Counted from the first letter of the stretch, positions 8,123 to 18,900 are shown. The stretch: 64,000 bases of DNA from Patescibacteria group bacterium (GCA_028865095.1 JAGWLA010000001.1:47244-111243); one strand, 5' to 3'. Notes: a model not told the origin generated them from the letters alone. Made by a program: numbers and translations.

Positions 8123-10393
8123 ATGTCGCAAGATATATCAGTCACGGGAAGAACGGTTGGCAAGAAGGGAAAGGATGGCGGCAGACGCTACGGATCGCTA
8201 TGGACGGCCTATCTGGCAGTCGCGGCTGCCGTCGCAGGGTTCTTAGGGTCGGTGCCGACCGCTGACGCTGCGGTCGCATATGTCCAATCAGCGAGCGGCT
8301 CGGCTTGGGGCGCGTCCGCTTCGGCGACGTTCCCGTCGGCCGTGACCGCCGGCGATATCATCGCCGTGGCGGTCGGCAGGAACTATAGCCCGACCTCGTC
8401 GACCATCGCCGACGACTGCGGCGCGGGCGGAGCGAGCGATGCCTATACCGTCGTCGACGCCCAGGACGGCGTGGCTACGGCCTATGCCGTCGCCGGACGG
8501 ACGGGGGCATGCACGGTGACCTACGCATGGGCGAGCTCGGGCACGTCCGAGACGAACATCGCCGCCCACGAGATCAGCGGCGTCGACGCGACGAATCCTG
8601 TCGATGCCCACGCCAGCTACTGGCAAAGCGGCTATGGCGACTACACGGCGGCCGACTCGATCAGCAGCGGCGCGGTCTCTACGTCGCATGATGGCGACTA
8701 CCTGTTCGGTGCGACTCAGAACGTCAGCCTCCAGAGCGCCTCGGTCGACGCAGGCGCGGGATACGTCCTTCGCCAACGGGTCATGAACTCGCTGACCACC
8801 GCGACCGAGGATCGGGTCCAGCCAGCGGCGGGAAGCGCGGCGGCGACTTTCACCAACGGCGCGTCGTGCAACGGCGGCTGCACCTTCGTCACGTCTCTCA
8901 TAGCCTTTGCCCCGGCGATCTCCGGTCAAGGCCAGAGCCTCCAGATGCCTCCGTCCGTCGCCTCGTTCTCCGCATCTCCCTCGTCCATCGGCCCCGGTTC
9001 GTCCGCGACCCTTTCCTGGGACGTGTCGTCCGCAGACGCGGTGACGATCAGCGGCATCGGGCCGGTGGCGACCTCGACCGGTTCGGTTCAGGTCTCGCCC
9101 GCCACGACGACCGGATATGTCTTGACGGCGACGAACGCGGCCGGCACCACGACGGCGACGGCGTCTGTCGCGGTCGTCAGCGGCGGATCCATCGGCCCGG
9201 TCGACACGTACCTCGACCTTTCGACCAGCACTTCAGGCGCGCATCTGACGGCCGCTCTCCTGAACGCGGGAACCCAGGGCGTCCAGGCGTGGGGCCCCCT
9301 CACGGATTACGGCGTCGCGACGTCGTCGACCGCCGGCATGACCGTCGCCACCAGCCAGCACGGTCTTTTGGCGCCGGTCAAGGTGGGCCCGACCGTCTTT
9401 CCGGCCAGTCACCAGACCCAGAGCATCGCCCTGGACAACGGCTACTACTACGAGAAGGCCGAGCAATACGTCCCCAGCGGCCACCGTTCGACCACGATCG
9501 CCGGCTGGGTGACGCTCGGTCCGCCGGACGCGGGCGTGAACGGCAGCACTTACGATTTGGCCTTCATCTATGGCGCGCCGGCCGGCGACTTCGCCGGGCT
9601 CCAATTGCGGACGGGCGCGCCGACCTACCATCTCTGGATCGAGACCGGCACGCCGACCGTCCATAGCAACCAGATCCTGGTCACGCCTGGCGCCACCTAC
9701 TGGTTCGCTCTCAATGCCGACTATGCTGCCGGCCTCGCCAAGCTGGCGGTCTTCGACGTCTCGGGCAACCAGGTCGGTTCGACCGTCACGGCGCCGCTCC
9801 CCGTCGGGGATACGGTCAGCTCGTTCCTCATCGGCAACGACGAGATAGGCGTCGCCTCCAGCACGACCTATTTCGAGGATATCATGGCTGATTACACGAA
9901 CGCGTCGTTCCCGTTAGGCCCATTGCCGTATGCTGCGCCGACGGTCTCGTCGGTCATGTCGACGCCTGCCACGACTACGGCACAGATCGCTTGGACTACC
10001 AGCTCGGCCGCCTCGTCCCAAGTCGCCTTTGGGACGACGACTGCGTACGGATCGACCACGGCGCAGACGGATCTGTCGCCCCTGGTTACGTCGCACGCGG
10101 TGGCGCTCGGAGGCCTTTCGGCCTGCACGACGTACCACTATCAGGTCGGCTCGGTCGACGCGTTCCTTAACGGCGCCACCAGCACCGATCAGACGTTCAC
10201 GACTGCCGGCTGCTCGTCGGGATCGACTTCGACGACGACCGGCATGTGCAGCCTCGCGAACGGCAACGGCACGGTCTCGGAATCGTCCCTCGATGCCGTC
10301 CTGCTCCCCGCTGTCCTGCCGCCGTCGTGCCCTGCAGGCTATATCTGCATACCGATGTCGTCTCTCTTCCGGATGTCGTCATCGACCCCGTAG
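8123..10393 (+). CDS. Large secreted Ala/Ser/Thr-rich surface protein (P1) with Ig/PKD-like, LamG-like and FN3-like modules
   Basis: Signal-peptide-like N-terminus (AVAAAVAGFLGSVPTADA). Segments LSWDVSSADAVTISG... (Ig-like) and TTAQIAWTT...TTYHYQV (FN3). C-terminal CPAGYIC motif. Confidence 0.7.
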   Translation: MSQDISVTGRTVGKKGKDGGRRYGSLWTAYLAVAAAVAGFLGSVPTADAAVAYVQSASGSAWGASASATFPSAVTAGDIIAVAVGRNYSPTSSTIADDCGAGGASDAYTVVDAQDGVATAYAVAGRTGACTVTYAWASSGTSETNIAAHEISGVDATNPVDAHASYWQSGYGDYTAADSISSGAVSTSHDGDYLFGATQNVSLQSASVDAGAGYVLRQRVMNSLTTATEDRVQPAAGSAAATFTNGASCNGGCTFVTSLIAFAPAISGQGQSLQMPPSVASFSASPSSIGPGSSATLSWDVSSADAVTISGIGPVATSTGSVQVSPATTTGYVLTATNAAGTTTATASVAVVSGGSIGPVDTYLDLSTSTSGAHLTAALLNAGTQGVQAWGPLTDYGVATSSTAGMTVATSQHGLLAPVKVGPTVFPASHQTQSIALDNGYYYEKAEQYVPSGHRSTTIAGWVTLGPPDAGVNGSTYDLAFIYGAPAGDFAGLQLRTGAPTYHLWIETGTPTVHSNQILVTPGATYWFALNADYAAGLAKLAVFDVSGNQVGSTVTAPLPVGDTVSSFLIGNDEIGVASSTTYFEDIMADYTNASFPLGPLPYAAPTVSSVMSTPATTTAQIAWTTSSAASSQVAFGTTTAYGSTTAQTDLSPLVTSHAVALGGLSACTTYHYQVGSVDAFLNGATSTDQTFTTAGCSSGSTSTTTGMCSLANGNGTVSESSLDAVLLPAVLPPSCPAGYICIPMSSLFRMSSSTP

Positions 10394-10480
10394 ATATTTG
10401 ATTATTCCGCTGATTTCTTGTATCCTACGCGTACCAAAGCCGCCGCGCTTTTTTAATTTAATAACCGCTCCCATCATCAT

Positions 10481-12646
10481 ATGAACCGCGATTACCCCCT
10501 GGATCGAGTGCGCAACTTCGGCATCATCGCCCACATCGACGCCGGCAAGACGACCACGTCCGAGCGCATCCTCTATTACACCGGCATGATCCACAAGATC
10601 GGCGAGGTGCACGAAGGCGAGACCACCACCGACTGGATGGAGCAAGAGCGCGAGCGCGGCATCACCATCACCGCGGCCGCCATCACGTGCTTCTGGAATC
10701 CCACGTATCTCCGAGGCGTCAAAGGCCCCGACGGCAAGGACGACGTCTCCAAGAAGGTCCGCTTCAACATCATCGATACGCCGGGCCACATCGACTTCAC
10801 GGTCGAGGTCAAGCGCTCTCTGCGCGTCCTCGACGGGGCCGTGGTCGTCTTCGACGGCGTGGCCGGCGTCGAGCCCCAGTCCGAGACCAACTGGCGCTAT
10901 GCCGACGAGGGCAACGTGCCGCGCCTCTGCTTCATCAACAAGATGGACCGCATGGGCGCCTCTTTCGAGCGCTCCTATCAGTCCATCCTCGAGCGCCTCA
11001 ACAAGCGCGCCGTGCGCTTCCAGCTCCCCATCGGCCTCGAAGCCGCCCATGAAGGCGTCGTCGACCTGATGCGCATGAAAGCCTATACCTTCACGGGGGA
11101 AAAGGGCATCGACGTCGTCGAGAGCGAGATCCCTGCCGACATGCTCGAAGACGCCAAGAAGTATCGCGCCGAGATGATCGAGAAGATCGTCGAGACCGAC
11201 GACGCCGCCATGAGCAAGTTCCTGGAAGGGGGAGAGTTCTCTCTCGACGAGCTCAAGGCGCTGACCCGCAAGGCCGTCATCGCCAACAAGCTCTTCCCGG
11301 TCTTTACCGGGTCGGCCCTCAAGAACGTCGGCGTCCAGCTCGTCCTCGACGCCGTCGTCGACTATCTGCCGTCGCCGCTCGATATCCCTCCGGTGCATGG
11401 CATCAACCCGAACACCGGCGAAGAGGTCATCCGCCATGCCAGCGACAGCGAGCCGTTCTGCGCCCTCGCCTTCAAGCTCCAGAACGACCCGTTCGTCGGC
11501 GCCCTGACCTTCTTCCGCGTCTATTCCGGATCGATCGAAGCGGGCACCTATATATATAATTCCTCCACCGGCAAGAAAGAGCGCCTTGGCCGCATCGTCC
11601 GCCTCCAAGCCGACAAGCGCGAGGAGGTCAAGAAGGTCTATGCCGGCGAGATCGCCGCCGCGGTCGGCCTCAAAGACGCCCTGACGTCGCACACGTTCTG
11701 CGATGAAGCCAACCCCATCGTCCTCGAGCAGATCAAGTTCATGGATCCCGTCATATCGCTCCGCGTGGAGCCCAAGACCAAGGCCGACCAGGAGAAGATG
11801 GGCATGGCCCTCCGCAAGCTCTCCATCGAAGACCCGACCTTCCGCATCAGCACCAATGCCGAGACGGGGGAGACCCTCATCTCGGGCATGGGCGAGCTCC
11901 ATCTCGAGATCATGGTGGACCGCATGAAGCGCGAATTCGGCGTCGAGACCACCGTCGGCGCGCCGCAGGTCGCATATCGCGAGACCATCCTCGGAGAGGC
12001 CGAAGCCGAGAACAAATACATCAAGCAGACCGGCGGCAAGGGCCAATACGGCCACGTCCGCCTGACTCTCCGCCCCATGAAGCCGCTCGTCGAAGGCGAG
12101 AAAGTCCCCAAGAACGTCAAGCGGTATGACGACTTCGAATTCGTCGACTCCATCAAGGGAGGCGTCATCCCCCAGGAATTCATCCCCGCCGTCGAGAAGG
12201 GCGTGCACGAAGCCATGGATCGCGGCATCGTGGCCGGCTATCCCATGGTCAATGTCTCTTGCGAGCTGACGTTCGGCTCGTACCATGACGTCGACTCGTC
12301 CGAGATCGCCTACAAGATCGCCGCGTCGCAGGCGTTCCAGGACGCCGCCAAGCGCGCCAAGCCCGTCATCCTCGAGCCCATCATGAAGCTCGAAGTCGTC
12401 TGCCCGGAGAAATACATCGGCGACGTCAACGGCTCCATCGCTTCCAAGCGCGGCCTCATCGAAGGCCAGAACCAGAAAGGCCAGAACGTCTCCATCATCG
12501 CCAAAGTGCCTCTTTCGGAGATGTTCGGCTATACCACGTCGCTCCGTTCGATGACGTCAGGCCAGGGCTCGGCCCAGCTCGAATTCGACCATTACGACGT
12601 CGTGCCCGCCAACGTCGCCCAGGAGATAGCGGAGAAGAGGAAATAA
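10481..12646 (+). CDS. fusA: Elongation factor G
   Basis: AHIDAGKTTTSERIL, NIIDTPGH and the full EF-G domain order. Confidence 0.96.
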   Translation: MNRDYPLDRVRNFGIIAHIDAGKTTTSERILYYTGMIHKIGEVHEGETTTDWMEQERERGITITAAAITCFWNPTYLRGVKGPDGKDDVSKKVRFNIIDTPGHIDFTVEVKRSLRVLDGAVVVFDGVAGVEPQSETNWRYADEGNVPRLCFINKMDRMGASFERSYQSILERLNKRAVRFQLPIGLEAAHEGVVDLMRMKAYTFTGEKGIDVVESEIPADMLEDAKKYRAEMIEKIVETDDAAMSKFLEGGEFSLDELKALTRKAVIANKLFPVFTGSALKNVGVQLVLDAVVDYLPSPLDIPPVHGINPNTGEEVIRHASDSEPFCALAFKLQNDPFVGALTFFRVYSGSIEAGTYIYNSSTGKKERLGRIVRLQADKREEVKKVYAGEIAAAVGLKDALTSHTFCDEANPIVLEQIKFMDPVISLRVEPKTKADQEKMGMALRKLSIEDPTFRISTNAETGETLISGMGELHLEIMVDRMKREFGVETTVGAPQVAYRETILGEAEAENKYIKQTGGKGQYGHVRLTLRPMKPLVEGEKVPKNVKRYDDFEFVDSIKGGVIPQEFIPAVEKGVHEAMDRGIVAGYPMVNVSCELTFGSYHDVDSSEIAYKIAASQAFQDAAKRAKPVILEPIMKLEVVCPEKYIGDVNGSIASKRGLIEGQNQKGQNVSIIAKVPLSEMFGYTTSLRSMTSGQGSAQLEFDHYDVVPANVAQEIAEKRK

Positions 12647-12707
12647 AGGATGTGGATAAGTCCTCTTGCGCCGATCCGTGCAAGAGCTACAATGTCACCA
12701 CTACCCA

Positions 12708-12738
12708 GGCAGCCGGCGTCCATCGGCTGCCTTTCTCC
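12708..12738 (+). terminator. Intrinsic terminator after fusA
   Basis: GGCAGCCG-loop-CGGCTGCC hairpin followed by TTTCTCC. Confidence 0.5.
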
Positions 12739-12742
12739 GTGG

Positions 12743-12751
12743 TGGTATGAT
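12743..12751 (+). promoter_or_regulatory. Extended -10 (TGgTATGAT) for the surface-protein gene P2
   Basis: Directly downstream of the fusA terminator, about 50 nt upstream of ATG 12805. Confidence 0.35.
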
Positions 12752-12804
12752 ATAGGAGATATAGACAGCATTTATTAAAGTACGCTCGTAGCAAGTTCAT
12801 CATA

Positions 12805-15800
12805 ATGAAAAAATCGACCATATCGTTTATCTCGGCATTCGGCATCATCGCCTCTGCGTTCTTTTTGAGTCTTCCTAGCGCGGTTCAGACTGTGAATGCG
12901 CAAAGCGCCGCTTCGACAAGCCCTGTGCTAGCGATCAGACAGGTGCCCGTGACGCACCCTTTGCTTATCGGCGAAAAACAAGCCCTTTTCGCCTCTTTCA
13001 ATCTGAGCGCAGCCTCTTCCTCTAAGGATGCGATGATATTCCTCTTCAAGATGACCATACCGATGTCGTGGAGCTTTGGCGACAAGAACGGTCATGTCAC
13101 ATTGGCAGATGAGATAAGCAGGCTGTCTAACTGCGGCCTCTATTCTGGGGCTACCAAGCTGGCTTCCGGGCCCAATGGGATCGGTACCCCCGATACGGAG
13201 CAGCTTTTCCTCCTCAATTCTGGATCGGGCTTGACCGTGAAAGCCGGTACGCAGACCCAGATAGATTTCCGCTGCGATTTCTCGTCAGCCGCCATACCAT
13301 CTGGAACGACGTACAAATATGAGTGGACTCTGGATCCGAACTACACGGAAGTATGGTCGCCAGTGAACGGGGCACTTGCAGATTTCGGCCGTCCCATATA
13401 CGCGACCACGCAGACACCGACGATATCGACGGCCGAAGGCGCCTCGTCATATCCGGTCGTCGTCAATATCTATCCGCCAAGCAGCAGCAATTCCTATCAG
13501 GTCGGAAACACCGTCAATTTCGTGGCGCAGGCATCGACAATGACCGCCCCGGTCGCTTTCTCTTGGGATTTCGGTGACGGTCAAAGCGCTACTGCGCAGC
13601 AGATAGGACATACCTATTACAAAGCGGGGGCTTACAAGGCGACGGTCACCGCTACGGATAGCGCTGGCCATATCTCCGCGCCGGTAGTTACCGAAGTCAA
13701 TATAACGCAGGCCGATCAGAGCGGATGTTATTCGTTCACTCGCAATCTCGGCCTCGGGTCGACTGGCTATGACGTCGTCCTTCTCCAGAACTGGCTCATC
13801 GCTCACGGGTTCGACATCCAGGCCATATCGAGCGGTCAGCAGCAAAAAGGATATTTCGGTTATGAGACTTCAGCTGCTCTTCAGAGATACCAGGCTAGCA
13901 TAGGGCTCCCTGCCACGGGATTCTTCGGTTCCATGACCATTTCGGCGATCGGCTCTAGCTGCGTCTCGAACCCGACGGCCCAGTCTTCGGGGTCGGCATC
14001 TGGGGCACAGCTGAGCGCCTCGCTCGATTCCTCATCGCCTCTGTCGAGCACGATCCTGATATCCACGGGCAGCCAGACTCAGGATGTGCCTCTCGAGGTC
14101 TTCGACCTCAGATCGAATGGGGCCACCTCGACTCTTCAGGCATTGAAGATCGACATCAACACGACCGGCCAGCCTTTCCCATCCATATTCAGCAATATAA
14201 CCATCAAGATCGGCGGCCGCACCTACACACCCTCTTCCATGGTCTCAGCGCCAGGCGGGACATACGCTTACGCAGCATTCGAGAACCTCGGAGCCTATCT
14301 TCCGACGAACGAATATGTCCCTGTGACCGTCTATGGGACCGTCGCTCAAGATACGAACGGCTTCCTCGACGGGTCGACCGCGACAGCGAGCCTTTTCACT
14401 GCCAGCACGACGGCAGTAGGCGCGAACGCGGCCCCTGTCCCCGTGGCGAGCTACCTCCCGGTCGTCGGCAACCAGATGACGTTCACCTCGAGCGGCCTCA
14501 TGGTGACCAATACAGCGGTCTCTCTCGGATCCCAGTCGCCCTCATGCGGATCGGGGGCCAGCAACGTCCCGTGCACTCAGCCGGTCACGCTCTCCTTCTC
14601 TCTCACCGCGGGGAACTATCCGATGTATATCGCTGCGAGCGCAATGGGCGCGAGCAGCTGCCCCGTAGGATATACATGCTCCTCTGCGAGCCCCTTCGTC
14701 TTCGCTGGTAAGGCAGTGAATGTCGCCCCAGTCTTCGCTGGCTCTGTCGCTAGCCCGGCCCAATTGCCTGGCGATGGGCCCGGCAGCTATCTGATCCCTG
14801 CCGGCTCGACCCGTTCGTTCACATATTACGGCTCTGTGAGCAATGCTAATTTGGCGGGCGGTTCGTATCTGATCGCCGTCACTGGGATCAAGTTCGGGAC
14901 CTCGACATCGAACCTGTTCGTCGGCACGATCACGTCCGGTCTCGGCAACCTCGCTACCATGATCAATCTCCCGGCCGGCAATAATAACGGCGGAGGGAGC
15001 CCGATCTCCACTTCATCGCTGTCTATCGGCCCGAACGACCAGGTCCGCACCTTCACCAAATCCTTCATGGCGACCCCGTCGTCCGGCTCGGTGCTTCTGG
15101 CCATCGCTGGCGATAACAAATATCTGGCCATGATCAACGGCGTCCCTGTCGCCGTCACCAGCGGCGAGACGGGATTCTACAATCCGAGGATCGTCGACGT
15201 CACTTCCCATATCGTCCAGGGGAACAACACCATCCAGGTCATCGCCGATAACATGCCTGACGGCAATGGGGCATTCCCGTGGAGCACCAACCCGGGCGGC
15301 GTCATCTTCAAAGTCGCCGGCGGCTCTTGCACCTCGAGCGTCTATTGCCTGAACGGCACTGTGTACGCGGTCAGCAACGGGACCGAGGGCATCGACAGGG
15401 GCTCGTCTGCCGTCATACCGTCTAACCAGCTCTATCCTGCCTGGACTTCGATTCCTGGCGCAAGCTGGGTCTGGGATTCCAACCTGATGGGTTCGAGCTC
15501 GAGCCTGCAACCGACGATCAGCCTTACGATGGATTCCGGGAGCGTCATACAGGCGGGCCAGCATATCGACTTCACGTACACAGTCTCGCCCGCAGGGAGA
15601 TACGACGTGGTGTACATACTCGTCCCCAGCGCTACTACTCCGAGGAAATCGACCGGTGTCGGTTCGAATTACGACGCTTCGTGGGGCGGATATAACATAG
15701 GCGGCTTTTCGCCGAATTATTCGATCAGTAGTTTTACACCCTATGGCGGAATATATATTCCGAGCGATATCCCTAACGGCACGTACTCTCTGACGGTGTA

Positions 15801-16290
15801 CTTGGCCGCATCCGGAAGCACCACCGGAGGCAGCGAAAAGGTGCCGACTCTTGCAGCTGCTAATTCAGGGATGTTCACTGTCACATCTGGCACGACAGTC
15901 AACCAGGCTTCTGTCACCTGTCCCGGCGGCTATATCTGCGTCGTCAATGGCCAGACGCTGTCATGCCCGTCAGGATACGCCTGCTCCTACGCATCGTATA
16001 ACTGTCCTTCCGGTTACGTCTGCTATACCTATAACAAGCCGTATTCTTCGCCTGCGCCGGCTCCGACCCCGTCGCCTTCGCCTGCGAAGACGGTGACCAC
16101 GGTCACGAACCCGTCTCCGACGCCAACGCCAACGCCTACGCCGACCACGACGACAACTTCGACGAAACCTTCGCCGACGTCGAGCCCGTCAGGCAGCCCG
16201 TATCCGTCGTCGTCCTCGCAATCGCTCGGGAATGCGGCTACCCAGCCGGCATCGGCATGGCAAGCTTTCCTCCAGCTGTTCGGATTCTGA
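12805..16290 (+). CDS. Giant secreted surface protein (P2) with PKD domain, peptidoglycan-binding domain, Thr/Pro/Ser linker and repeated CPxGYxC motifs
   Basis: Signal peptide MKKSTISFISAFGIIASAFFLSLPSAVQTVNA. PKD-like FSWDFGDGQSA...TATDSAGH. PG_binding_1-like LGLGSTGYDVVLLQNWL...GYFGYETSAALQRYQ. TPSPSPAKT...PTPTPTPTPTTTTT linker. Confidence 0.75.
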   Translation: MKKSTISFISAFGIIASAFFLSLPSAVQTVNAQSAASTSPVLAIRQVPVTHPLLIGEKQALFASFNLSAASSSKDAMIFLFKMTIPMSWSFGDKNGHVTLADEISRLSNCGLYSGATKLASGPNGIGTPDTEQLFLLNSGSGLTVKAGTQTQIDFRCDFSSAAIPSGTTYKYEWTLDPNYTEVWSPVNGALADFGRPIYATTQTPTISTAEGASSYPVVVNIYPPSSSNSYQVGNTVNFVAQASTMTAPVAFSWDFGDGQSATAQQIGHTYYKAGAYKATVTATDSAGHISAPVVTEVNITQADQSGCYSFTRNLGLGSTGYDVVLLQNWLIAHGFDIQAISSGQQQKGYFGYETSAALQRYQASIGLPATGFFGSMTISAIGSSCVSNPTAQSSGSASGAQLSASLDSSSPLSSTILISTGSQTQDVPLEVFDLRSNGATSTLQALKIDINTTGQPFPSIFSNITIKIGGRTYTPSSMVSAPGGTYAYAAFENLGAYLPTNEYVPVTVYGTVAQDTNGFLDGSTATASLFTASTTAVGANAAPVPVASYLPVVGNQMTFTSSGLMVTNTAVSLGSQSPSCGSGASNVPCTQPVTLSFSLTAGNYPMYIAASAMGASSCPVGYTCSSASPFVFAGKAVNVAPVFAGSVASPAQLPGDGPGSYLIPAGSTRSFTYYGSVSNANLAGGSYLIAVTGIKFGTSTSNLFVGTITSGLGNLATMINLPAGNNNGGGSPISTSSLSIGPNDQVRTFTKSFMATPSSGSVLLAIAGDNKYLAMINGVPVAVTSGETGFYNPRIVDVTSHIVQGNNTIQVIADNMPDGNGAFPWSTNPGGVIFKVAGGSCTSSVYCLNGTVYAVSNGTEGIDRGSSAVIPSNQLYPAWTSIPGASWVWDSNLMGSSSSLQPTISLTMDSGSVIQAGQHIDFTYTVSPAGRYDVVYILVPSATTPRKSTGVGSNYDASWGGYNIGGFSPNYSISSFTPYGGIYIPSDIPNGTYSLTVYLAASGSTTGGSEKVPTLAAANSGMFTVTSGTTVNQASVTCPGGYICVVNGQTLSCPSGYACSYASYNCPSGYVCYTYNKPYSSPAPAPTPSPSPAKTVTTVTNPSPTPTPTPTPTTTTTSTKPSPTSSPSGSPYPSSSSQSLGNAATQPASAWQAFLQLFGF

Positions 16291-16319
16291 GATCTCGCGC
16301 GCTTGAAGCATGAAGGCAG

Positions 16320-16346
16320 AAACCCCCGTCCATCGGGGGTTTCTCG
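16320..16346 (+). terminator. Intrinsic terminator of P2, lying inside the 5' end of the track ORF 16310
   Basis: AAACCCCCG-TCCAT-CGGGGGTTT hairpin followed by CTCG. Confidence 0.45.
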
Positions 16347-16351
16347 CATGC

Positions 16352-16357
16352 TATAAT
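16352..16357 (+). promoter_or_regulatory. TATAAT -10 box 6 nt upstream of ATG 16364 (leaderless start of the glycosyltransferase operon)
   Basis: GCTATAATCCGGCCATG. Confidence 0.45.
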
Positions 16358-16363
16358 CCGGCC

Positions 16364-17731
16364 ATGAAACGATTCCTGCCGCCGGCGCTGGTGGCGCTGG
16401 CGAGCGCCGTGACCCATCTCCTCTATTTCGGATATCCGGCGCAAGTGGTGTTCGACGAGACGTACTCAGGCCGGTTCCTCGGCGACATCTCCCGAGGGAC
16501 GTTCTTCTTCGACGTCCATCCGCCCCTCGCCAAGCTCATCGTCTACGCGTTCGGCCTCTTGACGGGGGCTTCATACGGGGCCGACGTCGGCTCCATCGGG
16601 GACGCTTTGCCGCATTCCCTCGTCCTCCTGCGGATCGTGCCGCTGGCGTGCGGCATCCTTCTGCCGCTCGCCGTCTACGGCATCGCCCGGAATATCGGCT
16701 TGTCGCGGGTCGCGGCGTCGCTCGCAGGATTTGCGGCGGCGTTCGAGAGCTCGCTCATCGTGCAATCGAGATTCATCCTCTTCGACAGCATGCTCCTCAT
16801 CTTCGGCTTCGGCGCCATCCTTTGCTGGCAGGAATATCGCAAGCGACGGGCAGGGAAGCGGCTGTCAGGAGCCGGAGCTTCTTTCTTGGCGATGTCGGCG
16901 ATCCTCGCCGCGGGCGCGTTCTCCGTCAAATGGACGGGGCTGGCCTTCCCGGCCCTCATCCTGCTCTTCGAGGGGCGCGAGGCTCTCCGCCTTCCCGCGG
17001 GCACGGCCATGAAGCGCGTCCGAGACCGGGTCGCGGCCGCGGCCCGCTCCATCGCGCCGTTCGTCGCCGCATTCGCCGTCGCCGGGGCGGCGGTGTATGC
17101 CGGCTCATTCGCCGCCGAGCTCGCCCTTGCCTCCGGCCCCGGTACAGGGGACCAGTTCGTCAGCAGGAGCTTCCATCAGGAAAGCTTTCCGGCGCAGCTC
17201 GTCGATCTGAACGTCGCCATGTATCAAGAGAACGCCCACGGCATGTCTTCCCATCCGTATCAAAGCCCGTGGTGGAGCTGGCCGCTCATGCTCCGGCCGA
17301 TATTCTACTGGGTCGGCTCGGGCGCATACATATATCTGTTCGGGGACCCGTTCACGTATTGGATGAGCGCGGCCGCCCTTCTGGCCGTCTTCGGGCATTG
17401 CTTGTCGGCGAAGCGCCGGGCGCAGGGCGCGGACGCTGAGCGCAGGGAAGCGGGGATATTCATCGCCATCGGATTCCTGGCGAACTATGCGCCTTTCGTG
17501 CTCATCACCCGCCCGATGTTCCTCTACCATTATCAGGCGGCGCTCGTCTTCGGCATCCTGGCTTTGGCCTGGGCGGCCGACCTCGTCCCGGCGCGCAAGA
17601 AGCTGGCCGTCGCCGCGACGATCGCGGCAGCCTGCCTCGCGGGCTATATCTATTGGAGCCCGCTCATCTACGGGACGCATCTCGATCAGGCCCAGCTCCA
17701 AGCGCGGATGTGGCTGCCGAGCTGGCGATGA
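16364..17731 (+). CDS. pmt: Protein O-mannosyltransferase (GT39 / PMT family)
   Basis: VVFDETYSGRF matches the PMT loop-1 DE motif (VFDEVHFG). Multi-TM. Start moved to ATG 16364 downstream of the terminator and -10 box. Confidence 0.7.
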   Translation: MKRFLPPALVALASAVTHLLYFGYPAQVVFDETYSGRFLGDISRGTFFFDVHPPLAKLIVYAFGLLTGASYGADVGSIGDALPHSLVLLRIVPLACGILLPLAVYGIARNIGLSRVAASLAGFAAAFESSLIVQSRFILFDSMLLIFGFGAILCWQEYRKRRAGKRLSGAGASFLAMSAILAAGAFSVKWTGLAFPALILLFEGREALRLPAGTAMKRVRDRVAAAARSIAPFVAAFAVAGAAVYAGSFAAELALASGPGTGDQFVSRSFHQESFPAQLVDLNVAMYQENAHGMSSHPYQSPWWSWPLMLRPIFYWVGSGAYIYLFGDPFTYWMSAAALLAVFGHCLSAKRRAQGADAERREAGIFIAIGFLANYAPFVLITRPMFLYHYQAALVFGILALAWAADLVPARKKLAVAATIAAACLAGYIYWSPLIYGTHLDQAQLQARMWLPSWR

Positions 17732-18900
17732 CCATGAAGGAGCGCGACGGGCTACAAGTGGCGGCAGTGATCATCCCGACCTATAACGAGGCCGGGGCCA
17801 TCGGCGCCCTCCTCGAAGAGGTCGCCGGGATCGCCTCCTCGGGCAGCCGGTGGCGGATAGAGGTAATCGTCGTCGACGGATGCTCCGAAGACGGGACGGC
17901 CGGCATCGTCGAGGCCGCTGCCGCGCGCGGCGCGCTCCGCATCCATCTGCTGCGCGAGCCGGAGCGCCAGGGCATCGGCGCGGCGTATTGCCGCGGCTTC
18001 CGATATGCCATCGAAGAGGTCGGCGCCGACGCCGTCATCGAGTTCGACGGCGATCTCCAGCATCCCCCGTCGCATATACCGCAGCTCTTGCAGGCTCTCG
18101 ACGACGGAGCCGATTATGTGGCCGCTTCGCGGCGCATGGAAGGGGGCTCCGAGCCTGCAGGCCGCAGCGCATTCCGAAAGGCTCTCACTTCGCTCGGCGG
18201 CGGGGCGGCGCGCTTCATCCTGTTCTTCCCGCATGCCGCGTTCCGGCAGGTGACCGACCCGACCACCGGCCTCAAAGCGACCCGGGTCGCCGGCTTCGCC
18301 GACTCGCTCTGCCTCGACCCGTCGAGGCTCGTCAGCCGCGGCTTCGGCTATAAGCTCCAGTGGCTGTCCGAGACGCTGCGCCTCGGCGCGCGCTATCGGG
18401 AGATACCGCTCCGCTTCCAGGACCGCCGGGCCGGCCGCTCGAAGTTCGCCCCTCCCGTCATCGCCGATATCCTCTGGACGTGCGCCGTCGTCCGGGCTTC
18501 CGACCCGCGGACGAAGCGCTTCATCAGGTATGCCGCAGCGGGGTCGGCCGGCTATATCGTGAATGCCGCCGCTCTCGCCCTCCTGTATCGCCTTACCGGC
18601 ATCGAAGCCCTGTCCTGGGCCCTTTCCGCCGAGGCGGCCATCATCTGCAATTACGCTCTCAACAACGTCTGGGCATTCGGCGACCGCCGCAAGACGGGCT
18701 TTTCCAGCTGGTTCGGCGGGTTCCTGGCCTTCAATCTCGCCTCTCTCGGAGCCATCGCCATCGAAGGCGTGTTCGGGCCCCTTCTGACGTCGCTTGTCGG
18801 CCCGTCCTATCGCCAGCTCGTCTTGGCTGCGGTCGTCCTCTTCATGGTCGTGCCGTATAACTGGCTCATGTATAGCCGCTTGATATGGAAACAGCGATGA
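17728..18900 (+). CDS. Polyprenol-phosphate mannose synthase (GT2, Ppm1/Dpm1-like) fused to a C-terminal GtrA-like membrane domain
   Basis: IIPTYNE, VIEFDGDLQHPP (compare Dpm1 DADLSHHP) and a C-terminal GtrA-like 4-TM segment (YAAAGSAGYIVNAAALALLY...ICNYALNNVWAF). ATGA overlap with the pmt stop. Confidence 0.8.
   Translation: MTMKERDGLQVAAVIIPTYNEAGAIGALLEEVAGIASSGSRWRIEVIVVDGCSEDGTAGIVEAAAARGALRIHLLREPERQGIGAAYCRGFRYAIEEVGADAVIEFDGDLQHPPSHIPQLLQALDDGADYVAASRRMEGGSEPAGRSAFRKALTSLGGGAARFILFFPHAAFRQVTDPTTGLKATRVAGFADSLCLDPSRLVSRGFGYKLQWLSETLRLGARYREIPLRFQDRRAGRSKFAPPVIADILWTCAVVRASDPRTKRFIRYAAAGSAGYIVNAAALALLYRLTGIEALSWALSAEAAIICNYALNNVWAFGDRRKTGFSSWFGGFLAFNLASLGAIAIEGVFGPLLTSLVGPSYRQLVLAAVVLFMVVPYNWLMYSRLIWKQR

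Noticed and set aside
10379-12286. 635-aa minus-strand ORF antisense to fusA
   Set aside because: Fully contained in the EF-G coding region on the opposite strand. Low-complexity D/G/A/L-rich translation typical of GC-driven artefacts.
16310-16363. Track start of the PMT ORF at 16310 (MKAETPVHRGFLACYNPA...)
   Set aside because: This stretch contains a perfect terminator hairpin (AAACCCCCG...CGGGGGTTT) and a TATAAT box. The real start is more plausibly ATG 16364.
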